In this document: one piece after another, positions 40,043 through 50,726 of the stretch | Layout of the letters: every line of letters begins with the position of its first letter | Numbering within the stretch: the first letter of the stretch is position 1 | NCBI GenBank assembly: GCA_963796055.1 | Contig: CAWCKH010000004.1 | Coordinates: forward strand, 2,880,001-2,944,000 | From: an uncultured delta proteobacterium | Lineage (GTDB): Bacteria > Myxococcota > Myxococcia > Myxococcales > Myxococcaceae | DNA: 64,000 bases | Direction: 5' to 3' | Translations under genes and position numbers: made by a program | The notes under the pieces: model-generated | Told to the model about the DNA's origin: nothing | The model's database searches: none | The model's input: the letters and a program-made list of their open reading frames with translations, nothing else

Positions 40043-40649
40043 TGGATTCGGCGAGCTGCCGATCGGCGGAGGCAGCGGACGTTCCAGGGTGATGGGAGGC
40101 CTCGCCTGCCGATGCAACCAGGGCGGCTCCCAGCAGGAGTGCCAGCACCATGGGGCGCCCGATTGCTGTCACTGGATGAGCACGCATGTCCTTCGGACCT
40201 CCGGGGATGAGCTCGCTTCTCGGTGGGTAGACCGGGTCGGAGGTCCGCTATTCCATCGGGCCGTGGAGCCGCCACGCTCTGGGCAAAGGGGCGTGTTTCC
40301 GAGGCACACGACGGCGCTCCGATGTTCGGTTCAGGACCATGGACGGGTCACCGGACGAGACCAGGGCCCCCTCGGAGTCGTGGGCACGGCCGCGAACGCC
40401 CAGGCAGGTGCGAAAGCTCGCGCCGGTGATGGGCCCGGCGTGGTGCCTGCTCTCCCGGCCCGTCCGGGGGCTCGCCGTGGCAGCAGAGCTCCAGGCGGAA
40501 TCCCCCGGATGCGATCTTCCGTAGCGGGAATGGTCCGACTGGCACGTGCCAGTTCACCTATTGGAGCTGCTCTCACGGAATAAACTTGAGCGGAACTCCA
40601 TCTACCGTGGGCGCGGGCCAATGACGGCTCGTCCAAGTGGAGAACGAAG

Positions 40650-40916
40650 ATGAACAGCTGGATGAAGAAGTGGATCCCGATTCTTTCGCTGGCGGTGGTG
40701 CCGATCGCGCAGGCGCAGGACACCGTCGCCTTCAAGACCACCAGCGAGGCGACCGCGGACACCGTGCGCGGCGCCGCCGAGACGAAGCAGGGGGAGCAAC
40801 AGATCCAGGAGCTGAAGAAGGAAGTCGACGCCATCCGCAGTGAGCTCGCCGCCGAGCGAGATCTGCGCAACGTGCGGGAATTCGTTGACCAGGATTCGCA
40901 CCCGCTCTGGCCGTAG
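40650..40916 (+). CDS. Small exported coiled-coil protein
   Basis: GGAG RBS, signal peptide ending AQA. Confidence 0.6.
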   Translation: MNSWMKKWIPILSLAVVPIAQAQDTVAFKTTSEATADTVRGAAETKQGEQQIQELKKEVDAIRSELAAERDLRNVREFVDQDSHPLWP

Positions 40917-41153
40917 GTGCTCGTCGCTGTGGGGGGTCTCGAGGTCAGCTGGGGCGGGGAATTTGCCCCAGCGAGGGCAGGTGCTGACGTTGGTCCGGAA
41001 CCCTGGTCCTCGGATGAAATCCTGACAAGCACAGTCTGACCTCATTCGAGACTGGCGAAATTACATCATCAATCGTCACTGGCCTGAGCTCGTTCGGCGT
41101 CACCGCCCACTCCATCTGGTTGTCCCCTCGAAATTCGGCCATCCGACAGCGAC

Positions 41154-41489
41154 TCAGATGCAGGTCTGGTTGCAGATCGCGGGATGGCTTCCGTTCAATA
41201 GGTCGTCGCAGGACTCGTTCCTGTAGCCGTCGACGCACTGGCTGGCATTGCCCGAGCTGAAGCTCCGTCCTCCGGGGCAGGTGGTCAGGGCGAGCGTGCA
41301 GCTCTGGTTCGACACGAGCGTCTTGCAGTCCGACAAGCTTCCATAGATGTGCTGCGATTCCGTCGGAAAACACTGGAAGGACTTGTCACACAGGGCGTTG
41401 GTGGCGTCCTTGCACGCAGAGACGGGGTCACCACCACCGCAGCCGGATAGAGCGGCAACCATCAACAGCAGGAGGAATGCTCGGAACAT
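41154..41489 (-). CDS. Cys-rich lipoprotein
   Basis: LSGC lipobox; 10 further Cys in ~95 aa. Confidence 0.75.
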   Translation of the reverse strand: MFRAFLLLLMVAALSGCGGGDPVSACKDATNALCDKSFQCFPTESQHIYGSLSDCKTLVSNQSCTLALTTCPGGRSFSSGNASQCVDGYRNESCDDLLNGSHPAICNQTCI

Positions 41490-41548
41490 GGACGACCCCG
41501 TCAAGGTCGTAGTCATCGAACGCTGCGCGCGACATTCAGGCTGGGTAC

Positions 41549-42277
41549 TCATCCGAACTTGTAGGCAAGACCAAGCAGGGCTTGAAACGTAAAATCGGTT
41601 CCATACTTGGTAAAGATCATCGGCCCGGTGCGAAGGTTGAAGGTCACCGCCAGGGACCTGTCCAGAAAATACTCGACCCCTGCGCCGAAGAGGATGGGAA
41701 CAGTCAGGGTGCCGTAGTCGCCAAAGGTCACGAACACAGGGAGATCCAGATTGAGGGCAACATTGAAATTTCCCGCCACCGCTACGCCGAAGACCAGACC
41801 GGCGGGAAATGCAATGCCGAACTGCGTCCCTCCGACACTGCTGCAGACGTTGGCGGCGGAATAGACGCTGACATCGACGGTGTGCGTACCCAAGATCACG
41901 GGCATACAGAACGACTGACCCAAGAAATACGTGAGCATCCCCGGCGCGAACCAGAGGCCGAGGTTGTACCGCGGGGTCTTCAGCAGCGTGCCCTTGAGGT
42001 AGGCCAGCAGCTTGATGCCCTTGTAGGAGGCCCTGACATCGCCCTCGTAGTTGTAGTTGAAGGTGAAGACCCCGCCGAAATCGAAGTTGGGACTGCCGCC
42101 GTGAAGCACGCTGATTGAGAGTCCCGGCCAGGCCGCCTGCACGTGAACGGACGTTGCTCCTCCGCCGACTGTCTCCCCGGTCACCACCGACCACTCCTGG
42201 CCGCCAGCTGCCACTGCGTGACAGGGCGCGAACGCCAGCACGCCCAGGACCGCGCACCGCTGAAGAACTTTCCTCAC
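41549..42277 (-). CDS. Putative outer-membrane beta-barrel protein
   Basis: GGGAGG RBS, signal peptide, alternating aromatic strands, C-terminal LGLAYKFG. Confidence 0.65.
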   Translation of the reverse strand: MRKVLQRCAVLGVLAFAPCHAVAAGGQEWSVVTGETVGGGATSVHVQAAWPGLSISVLHGGSPNFDFGGVFTFNYNYEGDVRASYKGIKLLAYLKGTLLKTPRYNLGLWFAPGMLTYFLGQSFCMPVILGTHTVDVSVYSAANVCSSVGGTQFGIAFPAGLVFGVAVAGNFNVALNLDLPVFVTFGDYGTLTVPILFGAGVEYFLDRSLAVTFNLRTGPMIFTKYGTDFTFQALLGLAYKFG

Positions 42278-42438
42278 TCGAGACCTCCCGAAGCCCACTG
42301 AAGCAGCGCCCAAGGAGGCGCCGATGGTGATACGCACGAAGCCGGCGCGGTTTCTCACCAGGCGCTTCCGGAGAGGCCGGCAGGGAAGTGCGTTGTCTTC
42401 GCCTGGCCCGCCGCGTACGTTGAGCACCGCTTGATTCC

Positions 42439-42993
42439 ATGTCTTCAGCACTGGACAGGTTCTCCTCCGAGCTGGAAGCGGCGGTGGGAAGGTTCGCGGC
42501 GCTGGTCCGTCGGGTCGGGCTCAAGCATCGGCTGTCCGAGGCGGACCTAGAGGATGTGCTTCAGGAGGTCCGGATTCGCCTCTGGCGCGCGCGTTCTCGC
42601 CCGCAAAGTGAGAGAACCGAGCAGGTCTCTGCGTCCTACGTGTATCGGGTAGCGGTGTCGGCGGCGGTGGATCTCCTGCGCCGTCGGCGTGCCCGTGGCG
42701 CGGAGCAAACTGTGGCTTTGGACGAAACGGAGGAGCTCGTCGCCGACCACTCGGATCCGGCCCGATCGGTCGAGCAGGCCGAGCTGTCAGCGCAGCTGGC
42801 CCGGGCGATCGAGGCGATCACGCCCTCGCGCCGTCCGGTGGTTCGGATGTACCTCGCCGGCTACTCCGGTGAGGAGGTCGCCAAGGTGATGGGGTGGTCC
42901 GAGCCGAAGACCCGCAACCTGCTCTACCGCGGGCTCGCGGATCTGCGTGAGCGACTGACAGAAATGGGCATCGGATGGGAGACCAGACCGTGA
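42439..42993 (+). CDS. ECF sigma factor
   Basis: EDVLQEV, YVYRVAVSAAVDLLRR, GYSGEEVAKVMG..KTRNLLYRG. Confidence 0.9.
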   Translation: MSSALDRFSSELEAAVGRFAALVRRVGLKHRLSEADLEDVLQEVRIRLWRARSRPQSERTEQVSASYVYRVAVSAAVDLLRRRRARGAEQTVALDETEELVADHSDPARSVEQAELSAQLARAIEAITPSRRPVVRMYLAGYSGEEVAKVMGWSEPKTRNLLYRGLADLRERLTEMGIGWETRP

Positions 42994-43637
42994 CCGACGA
43001 GGCACTGCGAGAGGCGTACCAGCGGGCGCTCGAAGCGCGCCGGGTCAGCAGCCGGGAGCCCTGCGTGGCCCCGGAGGCGATGGTGTCGCTGCTGAGGGGC
43101 GAGGGCGCCGAGGAGCAGCGGCTGGAGGCGCTCGACCACGTGATGGGCTGCGGTGCGTGCCGCTCCGAGTTCGAGCTGCTGCGCTCGATGGAGCAGGCCG
43201 GCGCCGGGACAGCGGAGCGGGCGAGGCCCGCAGTCCTGCAGATTCCTCGGCGGATTGCGGTCCCCCTCGCTCTGGCCGCCTCACTCATCCTGCTGGTCAC
43301 GGTCGGGCAACGGCTCAGGTCGCCGGAGGGCACCGATGTCGAACGCGGAAGCATGGACGGGGTCACGCTCCTCGGGCCGCCGGCCGAGATCGCGGCGGGG
43401 ACTTCTCCGACGTTCACCTGGAAGCCCGTGCCCGGCGCACAGAGCTACGAGCTCGAGGTGCTCGACGAGAAGGGCGCCGTCGTCTGGGGCGCGAAGACGA
43501 CCGAGACCTCAGTGACCATGTCCGGTCCTGTCTTGATGGTGCCCGGCAAGAGCTACCGCTGGTGGGTGCGAACCACGACCGCCTCGGGCAATCAGCGGGC
43601 GTCCGCGGTCCGGAGCTTGCGCATCCGGATGAAATAG
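42990..43637 (+). CDS. Zinc-finger (HxxxCxxC) anti-sigma factor with TM helix and Ig/Fn3-like C-terminus
   Basis: HVMGCGAC; IAVPLALAASLILLV; PTFTWKPVPGAQSYELEV; GTGA overlap with the sigma stop. Confidence 0.8.
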   Translation: MTDEALREAYQRALEARRVSSREPCVAPEAMVSLLRGEGAEEQRLEALDHVMGCGACRSEFELLRSMEQAGAGTAERARPAVLQIPRRIAVPLALAASLILLVTVGQRLRSPEGTDVERGSMDGVTLLGPPAEIAAGTSPTFTWKPVPGAQSYELEVLDEKGAVVWGAKTTETSVTMSGPVLMVPGKSYRWWVRTTTASGNQRASAVRSLRIRMK

Positions 43638-46576
43638 GCCGCCGCACCCGCTGCGGCCACCACCGGAAGCGCCAGGAGCAAGCCCACCCACCCGGAAGCC
43701 ACCAGCGGCGTCCGCAGCGGGACGCGGACGAGAGGGTCGCCCACTGCCGTGAACACCGCCCATTCATTCGGTGCAGCGCCCCGCCCAAGCGCATCGAGCT
43801 TCGCCGCGCGCAGCGCATCCGCGACCGGCAGATCTCGTGCGAGTGCATCGTAGAACGATTTCACGAATGCGACCGTGGCCTGGTCGCGGATCCGCCAGCT
43901 GGTCGCGACCACGGAGCGCGCGCCGGCCTGCAAGAGCGGGGCGGTGAGGCCCATCACCCCCTCTCCTTCCACCACTACGCCCCGCGCGGTGCGGCACGCC
44001 GAAAGCACCACCAGGTCCGCGTCGAGACGGAGCGCGGCCAGCTCTCCGGGACTGACGAAGCCGCTCTCGCCCTCGCCGGGCGCGAGCGCAAGGGCAGTGC
44101 GCGCAGCGGTGCCCTCGTCCACCAGGGCATGCGTGGCGAAGTGCAGAATCCGGAATCGAGCGAGGTCGGCATGCTTCAGATAGGCCGCGCTTGCCGCCTC
44201 GCGGAGCCTGACCTCGGCCTCCGGCGCGTAGCCTGCGACGAGCTGGATCTCGCGAGCACTGGCCTGAAGACGCGGTAGTCCACCGCTGACCTTGAATGCG
44301 GATCGGAAGACCTCTGCGTCGTCGTTCGCCGACGGGACCTCGCCACCCTCGCCAGCGCGGGGGAAGGTGGGATCCCCGAAAGCGAGAAGCCGCATCGGAC
44401 GGGCAGAGGTGCCAGCCTCGCGAGATCTTCGCCAGAGCGCCGACACCACTGCCGCAGAGGGCGCGACGCTCACCGAATAATGCTGAACGACGTGCCGGCC
44501 ATCGGCCAGGCGGAGGGCGTCCCAGGGTAGGCGATGCAACGGGCCGTCCGGGACGATCACCAGTCGGGTGACGTTGGGGCCAAGGCCCGCGAGCGCCGGC
44601 TGGAGCAAGGCCTCTCCGAGGGCACCTGCAAGCTCGCCGGCGTCGGCCCCGCCTTCCAGGAGCGCGACGAAGCGCGCCACCTGGGTCGACAACTCCTTCG
44701 GCACCTCCAGGGAGTGGACCTGCAAGCCGGAGCGCTGGACCACGAACAGCGTCGCCGGACCATCCTGGTTGCCGACGATGTACTCGAGCAAGGCAGTCCT
44801 CTCGTCGGGGATCGAGGTGGCGATGGCGTCCGCGGTGACCGGGCCGGAACCCCGCGCTTGCAGCGACTTCGCGTCGGCCTTGGCGCCGATACGCAGCGCC
44901 TCGGCCTGGAGCAGCGCTTCCATCAGCTCGCGAGCGCGGCGGCGTTCCGCAAGCTCGAAGGCGGAGGCGGCCCGACCACCCGCCGCGAGCAATCCCAGCA
45001 AGCGCGCCACGCTGGCGTCCTGATCGCTCTTGCCAACCGTCTTCAGCTCCGCTGGGGAGGTCTGAAAGGCGAGTAGCCGCAGCTCGCGGTCGCCGAGGCC
45101 GGCTCTCCAGCGATCCAGGTCATCCCAGGCGGACATCGCCTCCTGCTCGGCGCCACCGACCTCCCCGCGGAGGGCATGAATTTCGGCGAGCCTGAGGCGC
45201 GTCTCGTAGCGCGCGACGGGCTGGGATGCGTCAGCAGTGGCCAGGTATGACTTCAGGGAGGATTCGGCTTCGGCCAGATCGCCGCGAAAAAGCGCGAGAA
45301 GCCCGAAATCGAGCTTGAGCTGGTCGGTCCACCGCTGCATCCGAAGCCGGTGGGCGAGCTGCTCGGCATCACCGAGCGCCCGGGCGGCGGCTGCCCAGTC
45401 GGCCTCGCGCATGTCGATGGCGGCGAGCATGCGGTGAAGCTCGAAGACGTCGGTCGCCTCGCGGGTGGAGCGGTAGAACTCCAGGACCTCGAGCACCTGG
45501 CGCCTCGCCTCTTCCGGCTTTCCGGCGGCCAGCGAGAGGAAGGCCAGGTACCTGCGGGGGATGGTTGTGCTGGACGGATCGCCCTGGGCCTCGTACATGG
45601 CCACGGAGCGCTCCAGGTGTTCTCGGGCAGTCGCCAGGTCGTTGACGTGCATCGCGACGTCGGCAAGCCCGTTGTGGGCTCCGGCGATGGCGAATAGGTT
45701 GTGCGACCTCTCGGCCTCTGCGAGCCCCACGCGCAGTGCTTCCAACGCCTCTCCGAAATCGCCATACGACAGATGAGCTCCCGCGCGGTCGGTGATGGTG
45801 ACCGCGAGCCAGCTGACGTCGCGCGCTCTGCGGAATCTCTCCTCTGCCTGCCGGAAGAAGGCGACCGCCGACGGGTACTCCGAGCGGTAGAAGTGCACCT
45901 TCGCCGCAGAGCGCAGCGCCTGCGCCTCGGCCCTCAAGTCGCCCGCCCGGCGCGCGATGGCAATGCTCGCCTCCGCGTCCGCCATTGCTTCCGGAGCGCC
46001 GGAAACACCACGGAGGCCCGCACGATGACTCAACAGATGCGAATGCAAATCGAGCGCGCCCTCCGGGATCAATTGCAGCGCCCGATCCAGGAGTGCCAGG
46101 CCAGCCGGCACGCCGCTCACTCGCCCGGCGACGAAGGACAGAGCGATCAGCGCCTCTGCCTCCGCGGCTCTGTCGCGCGCCGCGTGCGCTGCCTTCCGGA
46201 CAGCTTCGAACTCCGCTTCGGCGCCGTTGCTGAACCCGCGCTCCTCGAGTGCCCAGGCCTGGCCAAGACGGGCATAGATCGCAAAGCCGTCCGCCGGAGA
46301 GGAGGTGGGATCACTCAGGCGGCGATAGAGGGCCTCCGCGTTCGGATAGTCGTAGGTGAGTCGCGAGAGCGTGGCGAGACCGAGAAAGGCTCCCCGGTTC
46401 GTGGAGTCGCGCGCGAGCCTCTCCTGCCAGAGCCCTCGCAGTCCCGCCCCGCCGTCGTTCTCGATGGCTCGCGTCGCTTCGCGCACGACGGCTCGGGGGT
46501 CATCCAGCGCACCCGCCGGGGTTGAGGTCACCGCCAGCGTCTGCGCAATGGCCAGAGTGCAGAGCAGCGGCAGCAT
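43592..46576 (-). CDS. TPR + CHAT (caspase-like) protease with signal peptide and C-terminal TM helix
   Basis: Helical repeats; IVPDGPLHRLPW, LHFATH and LVVLSAC dyad; WAVF; hydrophobic tail followed by RMRK. Confidence 0.9.
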   Translation of the reverse strand: MLPLLCTLAIAQTLAVTSTPAGALDDPRAVVREATRAIENDGGAGLRGLWQERLARDSTNRGAFLGLATLSRLTYDYPNAEALYRRLSDPTSSPADGFAIYARLGQAWALEERGFSNGAEAEFEAVRKAAHAARDRAAEAEALIALSFVAGRVSGVPAGLALLDRALQLIPEGALDLHSHLLSHRAGLRGVSGAPEAMADAEASIAIARRAGDLRAEAQALRSAAKVHFYRSEYPSAVAFFRQAEERFRRARDVSWLAVTITDRAGAHLSYGDFGEALEALRVGLAEAERSHNLFAIAGAHNGLADVAMHVNDLATAREHLERSVAMYEAQGDPSSTTIPRRYLAFLSLAAGKPEEARRQVLEVLEFYRSTREATDVFELHRMLAAIDMREADWAAAARALGDAEQLAHRLRMQRWTDQLKLDFGLLALFRGDLAEAESSLKSYLATADASQPVARYETRLRLAEIHALRGEVGGAEQEAMSAWDDLDRWRAGLGDRELRLLAFQTSPAELKTVGKSDQDASVARLLGLLAAGGRAASAFELAERRRARELMEALLQAEALRIGAKADAKSLQARGSGPVTADAIATSIPDERTALLEYIVGNQDGPATLFVVQRSGLQVHSLEVPKELSTQVARFVALLEGGADAGELAGALGEALLQPALAGLGPNVTRLVIVPDGPLHRLPWDALRLADGRHVVQHYSVSVAPSAAVVSALWRRSREAGTSARPMRLLAFGDPTFPRAGEGGEVPSANDDAEVFRSAFKVSGGLPRLQASAREIQLVAGYAPEAEVRLREAASAAYLKHADLARFRILHFATHALVDEGTAARTALALAPGEGESGFVSPGELAALRLDADLVVLSACRTARGVVVEGEGVMGLTAPLLQAGARSVVATSWRIRDQATVAFVKSFYDALARDLPVADALRAAKLDALGRGAAPNEWAVFTAVGDPLVRVPLRTPLVASGWVGLLLALPVVAAAGAAAYFIRMRKLRTADAR

Positions 46577-46769
46577 GAGATCCCTCGTGCTCGTGCGTCT
46601 GGAGGAGCCAGCGGGACATTAGGCTCCTGCTGAAACGGGTGCAACGAAGGGCTGGGAGCTGGCGAACTTCTCATGTCAGATCCGATGCTGCGGCGCATGT
46701 GCCCTGGCTTGCGCTACGGGGCCAAGCCTGCGTCTCCGCACGTGTCAGGCCACCTCAGGGCTCTACCAG

Positions 46770-47051
46770 GTGCTTGAAGGTCACGAGCTCGACGAGGGCA
46801 TCGAGCAGATGGTGGCGTTCCTGGAGCACTTCCCGTCGTTCCCTTACGCACAGACCATTCGGCTCCGGCTGGCCACCGAGCTCGCCATCGTCGGCAGGAC
46901 GTGCGAGGCACTGATGCAGTTGCGTCAAATCACCGGCACGCCGCAGGAGCCTTTCGTGCTCGAGGACGCGCGGAGACTCATTGCGGCAATCAACGCACCA
47001 GATGCCGGAACAATGCGGCCCCGGCATGACGCGAGAATCCTCGAACCGTAG
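46770..47051 (+). CDS. Hypothetical helical protein or fragment
   Basis: TPR-like FLEHFPSFPYAQTIRLRLA; start uncertain. Confidence 0.3.
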   Translation: MLEGHELDEGIEQMVAFLEHFPSFPYAQTIRLRLATELAIVGRTCEALMQLRQITGTPQEPFVLEDARRLIAAINAPDAGTMRPRHDARILEP

Positions 47052-47444
47052 ACAGACGACTGGTCGAGCTGGCCCGTTGCTCATTCTGCACCGGCGTGCT
47101 CGCGGCAGTGCCTTTACTGGAAATTATCAATCTTGAGCCTCTTAGTTCCTGGACCGAAACGACGGTGTGGACCAGGGTCGCAGGGTGCGCCGGCCATCTC
47201 GCGCGGCGCGCCTCGAAGGAGGGACGACGATGCCGTCGGAACCTGCCCGCAACCTGGTGAACGGGCTCCTGCTCGCCGTCTGCTTGGCGGGGCTGGTGGT
47301 CACGCTCAGCCCCCTCGCCCACCCCGCGGCGCTATTCGCAGTGGCGACCACCCTGCTGGTCAAGCGGACCGGAAGCCCACTGTGGGGGTGAGGTCTACAA
47401 CTGGGGAGCCTGAAGGCGCGTGGCCCGGTCCGAGGCGAACCGGG

Positions 47445-48425
47445 ATGTGGGGGGGATTTGTGGGCTGCCTCCTGGCGGCCGGGGTGGGGGCAGTGCTCGA
47501 CTACACCGCCATCAGCCGCTCGACGATTTCAACGGCGGCCGTGGGCCTCATCTTCGAGCTACCCATCGTGGCTCTTCTTTGGGGCATCCAGGGCGGGCTG
47601 ATTGGATTCTGCACCGGGTACTTGGTGGCCGCCCGTCGAGCAGGTTGGGGCTGGAGAGGGACAGGTACCTTGGTCGCCGGGCTCGTCCTGCTCGCGGTTG
47701 GCGGCCGGCTCGCCCTCGAGGTGGTCACCGGGATCGTCGTCGGTGCCGAGGTCCGGCGGGTGGGTAGAATGGACGAGCCTCAGCTTCGAGGAGTCCTCGA
47801 TTCACGACTGTTCGGACGCAACCTCTTCGTTCTCGCCGCGGTGGCCGGAAACGAGCGAGCCAGCGCGGACATTCTTCGACAGATTGCCTCCCGTTCCGAC
47901 CCGGAGCTGCACCGGAAGCTCGGGAGCATCTACGACGTGATGGGCACCAACACGCACGGGTTGGCGGTCATGCGCCTCGTGGCGAGGAATCCTCACGTCG
48001 ACGGGGAAACCTTGGAGATTCTGTCCCGGAGCCCGGACCCCGCCGTGTTGGGAGACGTGGCGATGAACTCAAAACTGCCCGAGGAGGCCTTGGCCCGCCT
48101 CCTCGGGCGAGAAGAGCGGATGGTGAGCTGGGGCGTGGCTCTCAACCCGAAGACTCCCCCGTGGGCGCTGTCGCGACTCTCGGGGAGCCCGGATGAGTAC
48201 ATTCGTTCCAACGTGGCCAGGAACCCGAGCACGCCACCAGATGAGCTCCGCCAGCTGGCACGCGACTCCCAGTGGCACGTGAGGCGAGACGTGGCGACGA
48301 ATCCGAAGACTCCACCCGACATCCTCGAACTCCTCAGGAGAGACCCTGATGAGAGAGTTCGAGGGGTGGCTGCAAGTTCGCCGACACACTGGGTGGTGCC
48401 GTTCCGCAGCGAACAGGGGCGTTGA
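47445..48425 (+). CDS. Membrane protein with leucine-rich-variant/HEAT-like repeats (may start at 47230 via a frameshift)
   Basis: TM helices then ~24-aa VAxNPxTP..L..L..D repeats. Confidence 0.75.
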   Translation: MWGGFVGCLLAAGVGAVLDYTAISRSTISTAAVGLIFELPIVALLWGIQGGLIGFCTGYLVAARRAGWGWRGTGTLVAGLVLLAVGGRLALEVVTGIVVGAEVRRVGRMDEPQLRGVLDSRLFGRNLFVLAAVAGNERASADILRQIASRSDPELHRKLGSIYDVMGTNTHGLAVMRLVARNPHVDGETLEILSRSPDPAVLGDVAMNSKLPEEALARLLGREERMVSWGVALNPKTPPWALSRLSGSPDEYIRSNVARNPSTPPDELRQLARDSQWHVRRDVATNPKTPPDILELLRRDPDERVRGVAASSPTHWVVPFRSEQGR

Positions 48426-48896
48426 TGGCGATGGGGTGCAGGCAATCGAGTGCCCGCCGTTCTTCCGCCCGTGGCGACAGAATCTTGCAAGGATTCGTTG
48501 GTCCTTTCCGACCACCTCGAGGATCACGAACGTGGGGAGAAACCAGAGGCCAACCAGGCCCAGCCCGATGGAGAGCCGGCGCATCGCCGATGGCTACGGA
48601 CCTGGCTCCACGGGCGCGTCCATGCGATCGCATTCTAGGGCGGCTGTCGGAGCCCCGTCGCGGGCACCGGTGGCGTCGACGCATCGCCTCGACCAAGAAG
48701 CCTTGGGGTACGGCAGCGACGTTCCGGCGGCGGCATCAGTGGGTACGCCACCGGCGCGAGGCTCCTCGTCCGAGAGGAGTCCCCCTGGCCGCGGCGTCGC
48801 CCGCGGCGAAGAGCCCTCCGCGAGGAAGGCCGAGTGCGGAGGACGAGACAGAAGGCCGCCGTGTCGTCGGCTATCAACCCGAGGGGCGCCGGCGAT

Positions 48897-49475
48897 TCAT
48901 CCGGTCCTGAGGCGACGTTCCAGGAGCACATCAGCCGATTTGACGCCCGCACCGACCAGCAACAAGAACGCCGCGGCAAGGAGCATCGAAAAGTCGGTTC
49001 TCGCTTCGTGCAGCATGCTCCACAGCCCGGTCTTGGTGCCCGACGGACTTGCGAAGAGAAAGTAGCCGCGGCCAATCAGGATCGGCACCTTCGTCGACGC
49101 GATTGCGACGAGCATGTCGATGACGAGCAGCACCGCCGCGAGACGGGTGAAGAGCCCGGCCAGGATAAGCAGCCCGCAGACGACCTCCACGGCCCCGACG
49201 AATGGCCCCATCACTCCGGGCGCGGGAATGCCGATCTTCGCAAACCGGCCGGCGCCGAGTGCGGCCGGATAGAGGAACTTTTGGATGCCCTCCGACACGA
49301 ACACGATCGCGACGGCAAAGCGGATCAGGAACGTCGCTGCTGGAGCTTTGCTCTCGAGCACCCTACGCCGGAAGCTGGCGTGTTCCGCTGACGAGGTCAT
49401 GGCGTGCTTCGCGTTGGTCAGGGCTGCCTCACTGCTGTGAATCTCGACGAGCTCCGCTCTTGGGTCTGCTTTCAT
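48897..49475 (-). CDS. DoxX-family membrane protein
   Basis: LIRFAV..FVSEGIQKF, GRFAKIGIP, HEARTDFSM. Confidence 0.88.
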   Translation of the reverse strand: MKADPRAELVEIHSSEAALTNAKHAMTSSAEHASFRRRVLESKAPAATFLIRFAVAIVFVSEGIQKFLYPAALGAGRFAKIGIPAPGVMGPFVGAVEVVCGLLILAGLFTRLAAVLLVIDMLVAIASTKVPILIGRGYFLFASPSGTKTGLWSMLHEARTDFSMLLAAAFLLLVGAGVKSADVLLERRLRTG

Positions 49476-50288
49476 CGTCCTCTCCCGGGGGGTGTTCTTT
49501 CATCAGACACGGCGCTTGCGCGCGGTTGCAGGCTCGCGTCTGCGGATAATTGGTGCGCGGTGGCCGTGTTCGGGCATGGACTGAGTAACCCCCCCACGAG
49601 CGTCTCGTGCAGCCTCAGCCCCGCCAGGGCGAGGCCTTCGTCCGAGAGCGAGGATCCCTGGCCGGACCGGGCCCTCGCCTCTCATCGAAGGCTTCTCCCG
49701 ACTGCCTTCCAAACGCTTTGAGCTTCGGCGAAGGCGGGTGGCCGTCCAGCCCTCGCGGGAGGCGTGTCCACCGCAGTGCCCGAGGTTGCTCGTAGAGGAC
49801 GCGAGTAGAGGAATAGCGCGCTCGGTGGGAGCGCCCCTTCCTTGCGCAGCAGCGTGAGTTCGCAAACCTGGTCCGCTCAGATGCACCGGGGCGACCAGCT
49901 ACTGCGTCTTATCGAGAGCCATCGGCAGGGCCGCCGAAACGGGCAACTGCAAGGCCGGACGGCCAGCAGCGCATGTCGAAGCCGCGGCGTCCGGTAGGCT
50001 GTACAGAGCAAGCGGTGGCGACGTTTGCTCTCGATGGCCCCGGTCGAGGGACCCAGGGGTCGTGCGAGGCGTGTGGACCCGGTGGCGGTGTTGCTTGTAG
50101 GGGACGTGAGTGGAGTGAGGAGGCCTCCGCGGTGAGACTGCCCCAGTGGGGAGGGCTGCTCCTGACGGTCTCCCGAACGCTTCGAGCGTCGGACGCGGGT
50201 GGCCGTCCAGCCCCCGTGGGAGGCGTGTCGAGCTCAGTGCCGAGTTTGCTCTGCCAGGACGCGAGCACCCTGGCGTTGGGGACTCGGG

Positions 50289-50726
50289 CTACTTTGCTGG
50301 GATGAGATCTTCGGCCGCGATGATCTGCCACCGTCCGTTGCGCTTGAGCCAGGTGTCAGTCCAGATGAGGGTCTCGACGTAATCCATGCCGTCCTTGGAG
50401 GTCTTTACCTGGCTTTCGCTGCCGTAGGCGATGGCGAGTTTGTCTCCGAAGAAGCGGATCTTCACCTCTCCGAGCTTGCAGTCGCGCGCGGAGGGCTTCT
50501 CCGCCGTGGTCGGCTTCGAATAGCGCTTGCCGGAGGGGCTGGTGCCCTGGAAGTCGTCGGCGAGGAGCGTATGCACGACGTCGTTGCCGTCACAGGCGCT
50601 TTCCGCCCAACGGCGCTCCTGCGAAATCATCCAGACGGCGGTCTTGTCGTCGGCGGATGCCCAGCGGGAGGTTTGGGCGGACGCGGCGGCGGCGGAAAGC
50701 AGCAGGAGTACGGAGAGTAGGCGCAT
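50289..50726 (-). CDS. Exported NTF2-like (DUF4440) protein
   Basis: Signal peptide; LLADDFQG, WTDTWLKRNGRWQI. Confidence 0.82.
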   Translation of the reverse strand: MRLLSVLLLLSAAAASAQTSRWASADDKTAVWMISQERRWAESACDGNDVVHTLLADDFQGTSPSGKRYSKPTTAEKPSARDCKLGEVKIRFFGDKLAIAYGSESQVKTSKDGMDYVETLIWTDTWLKRNGRWQIIAAEDLIPAK

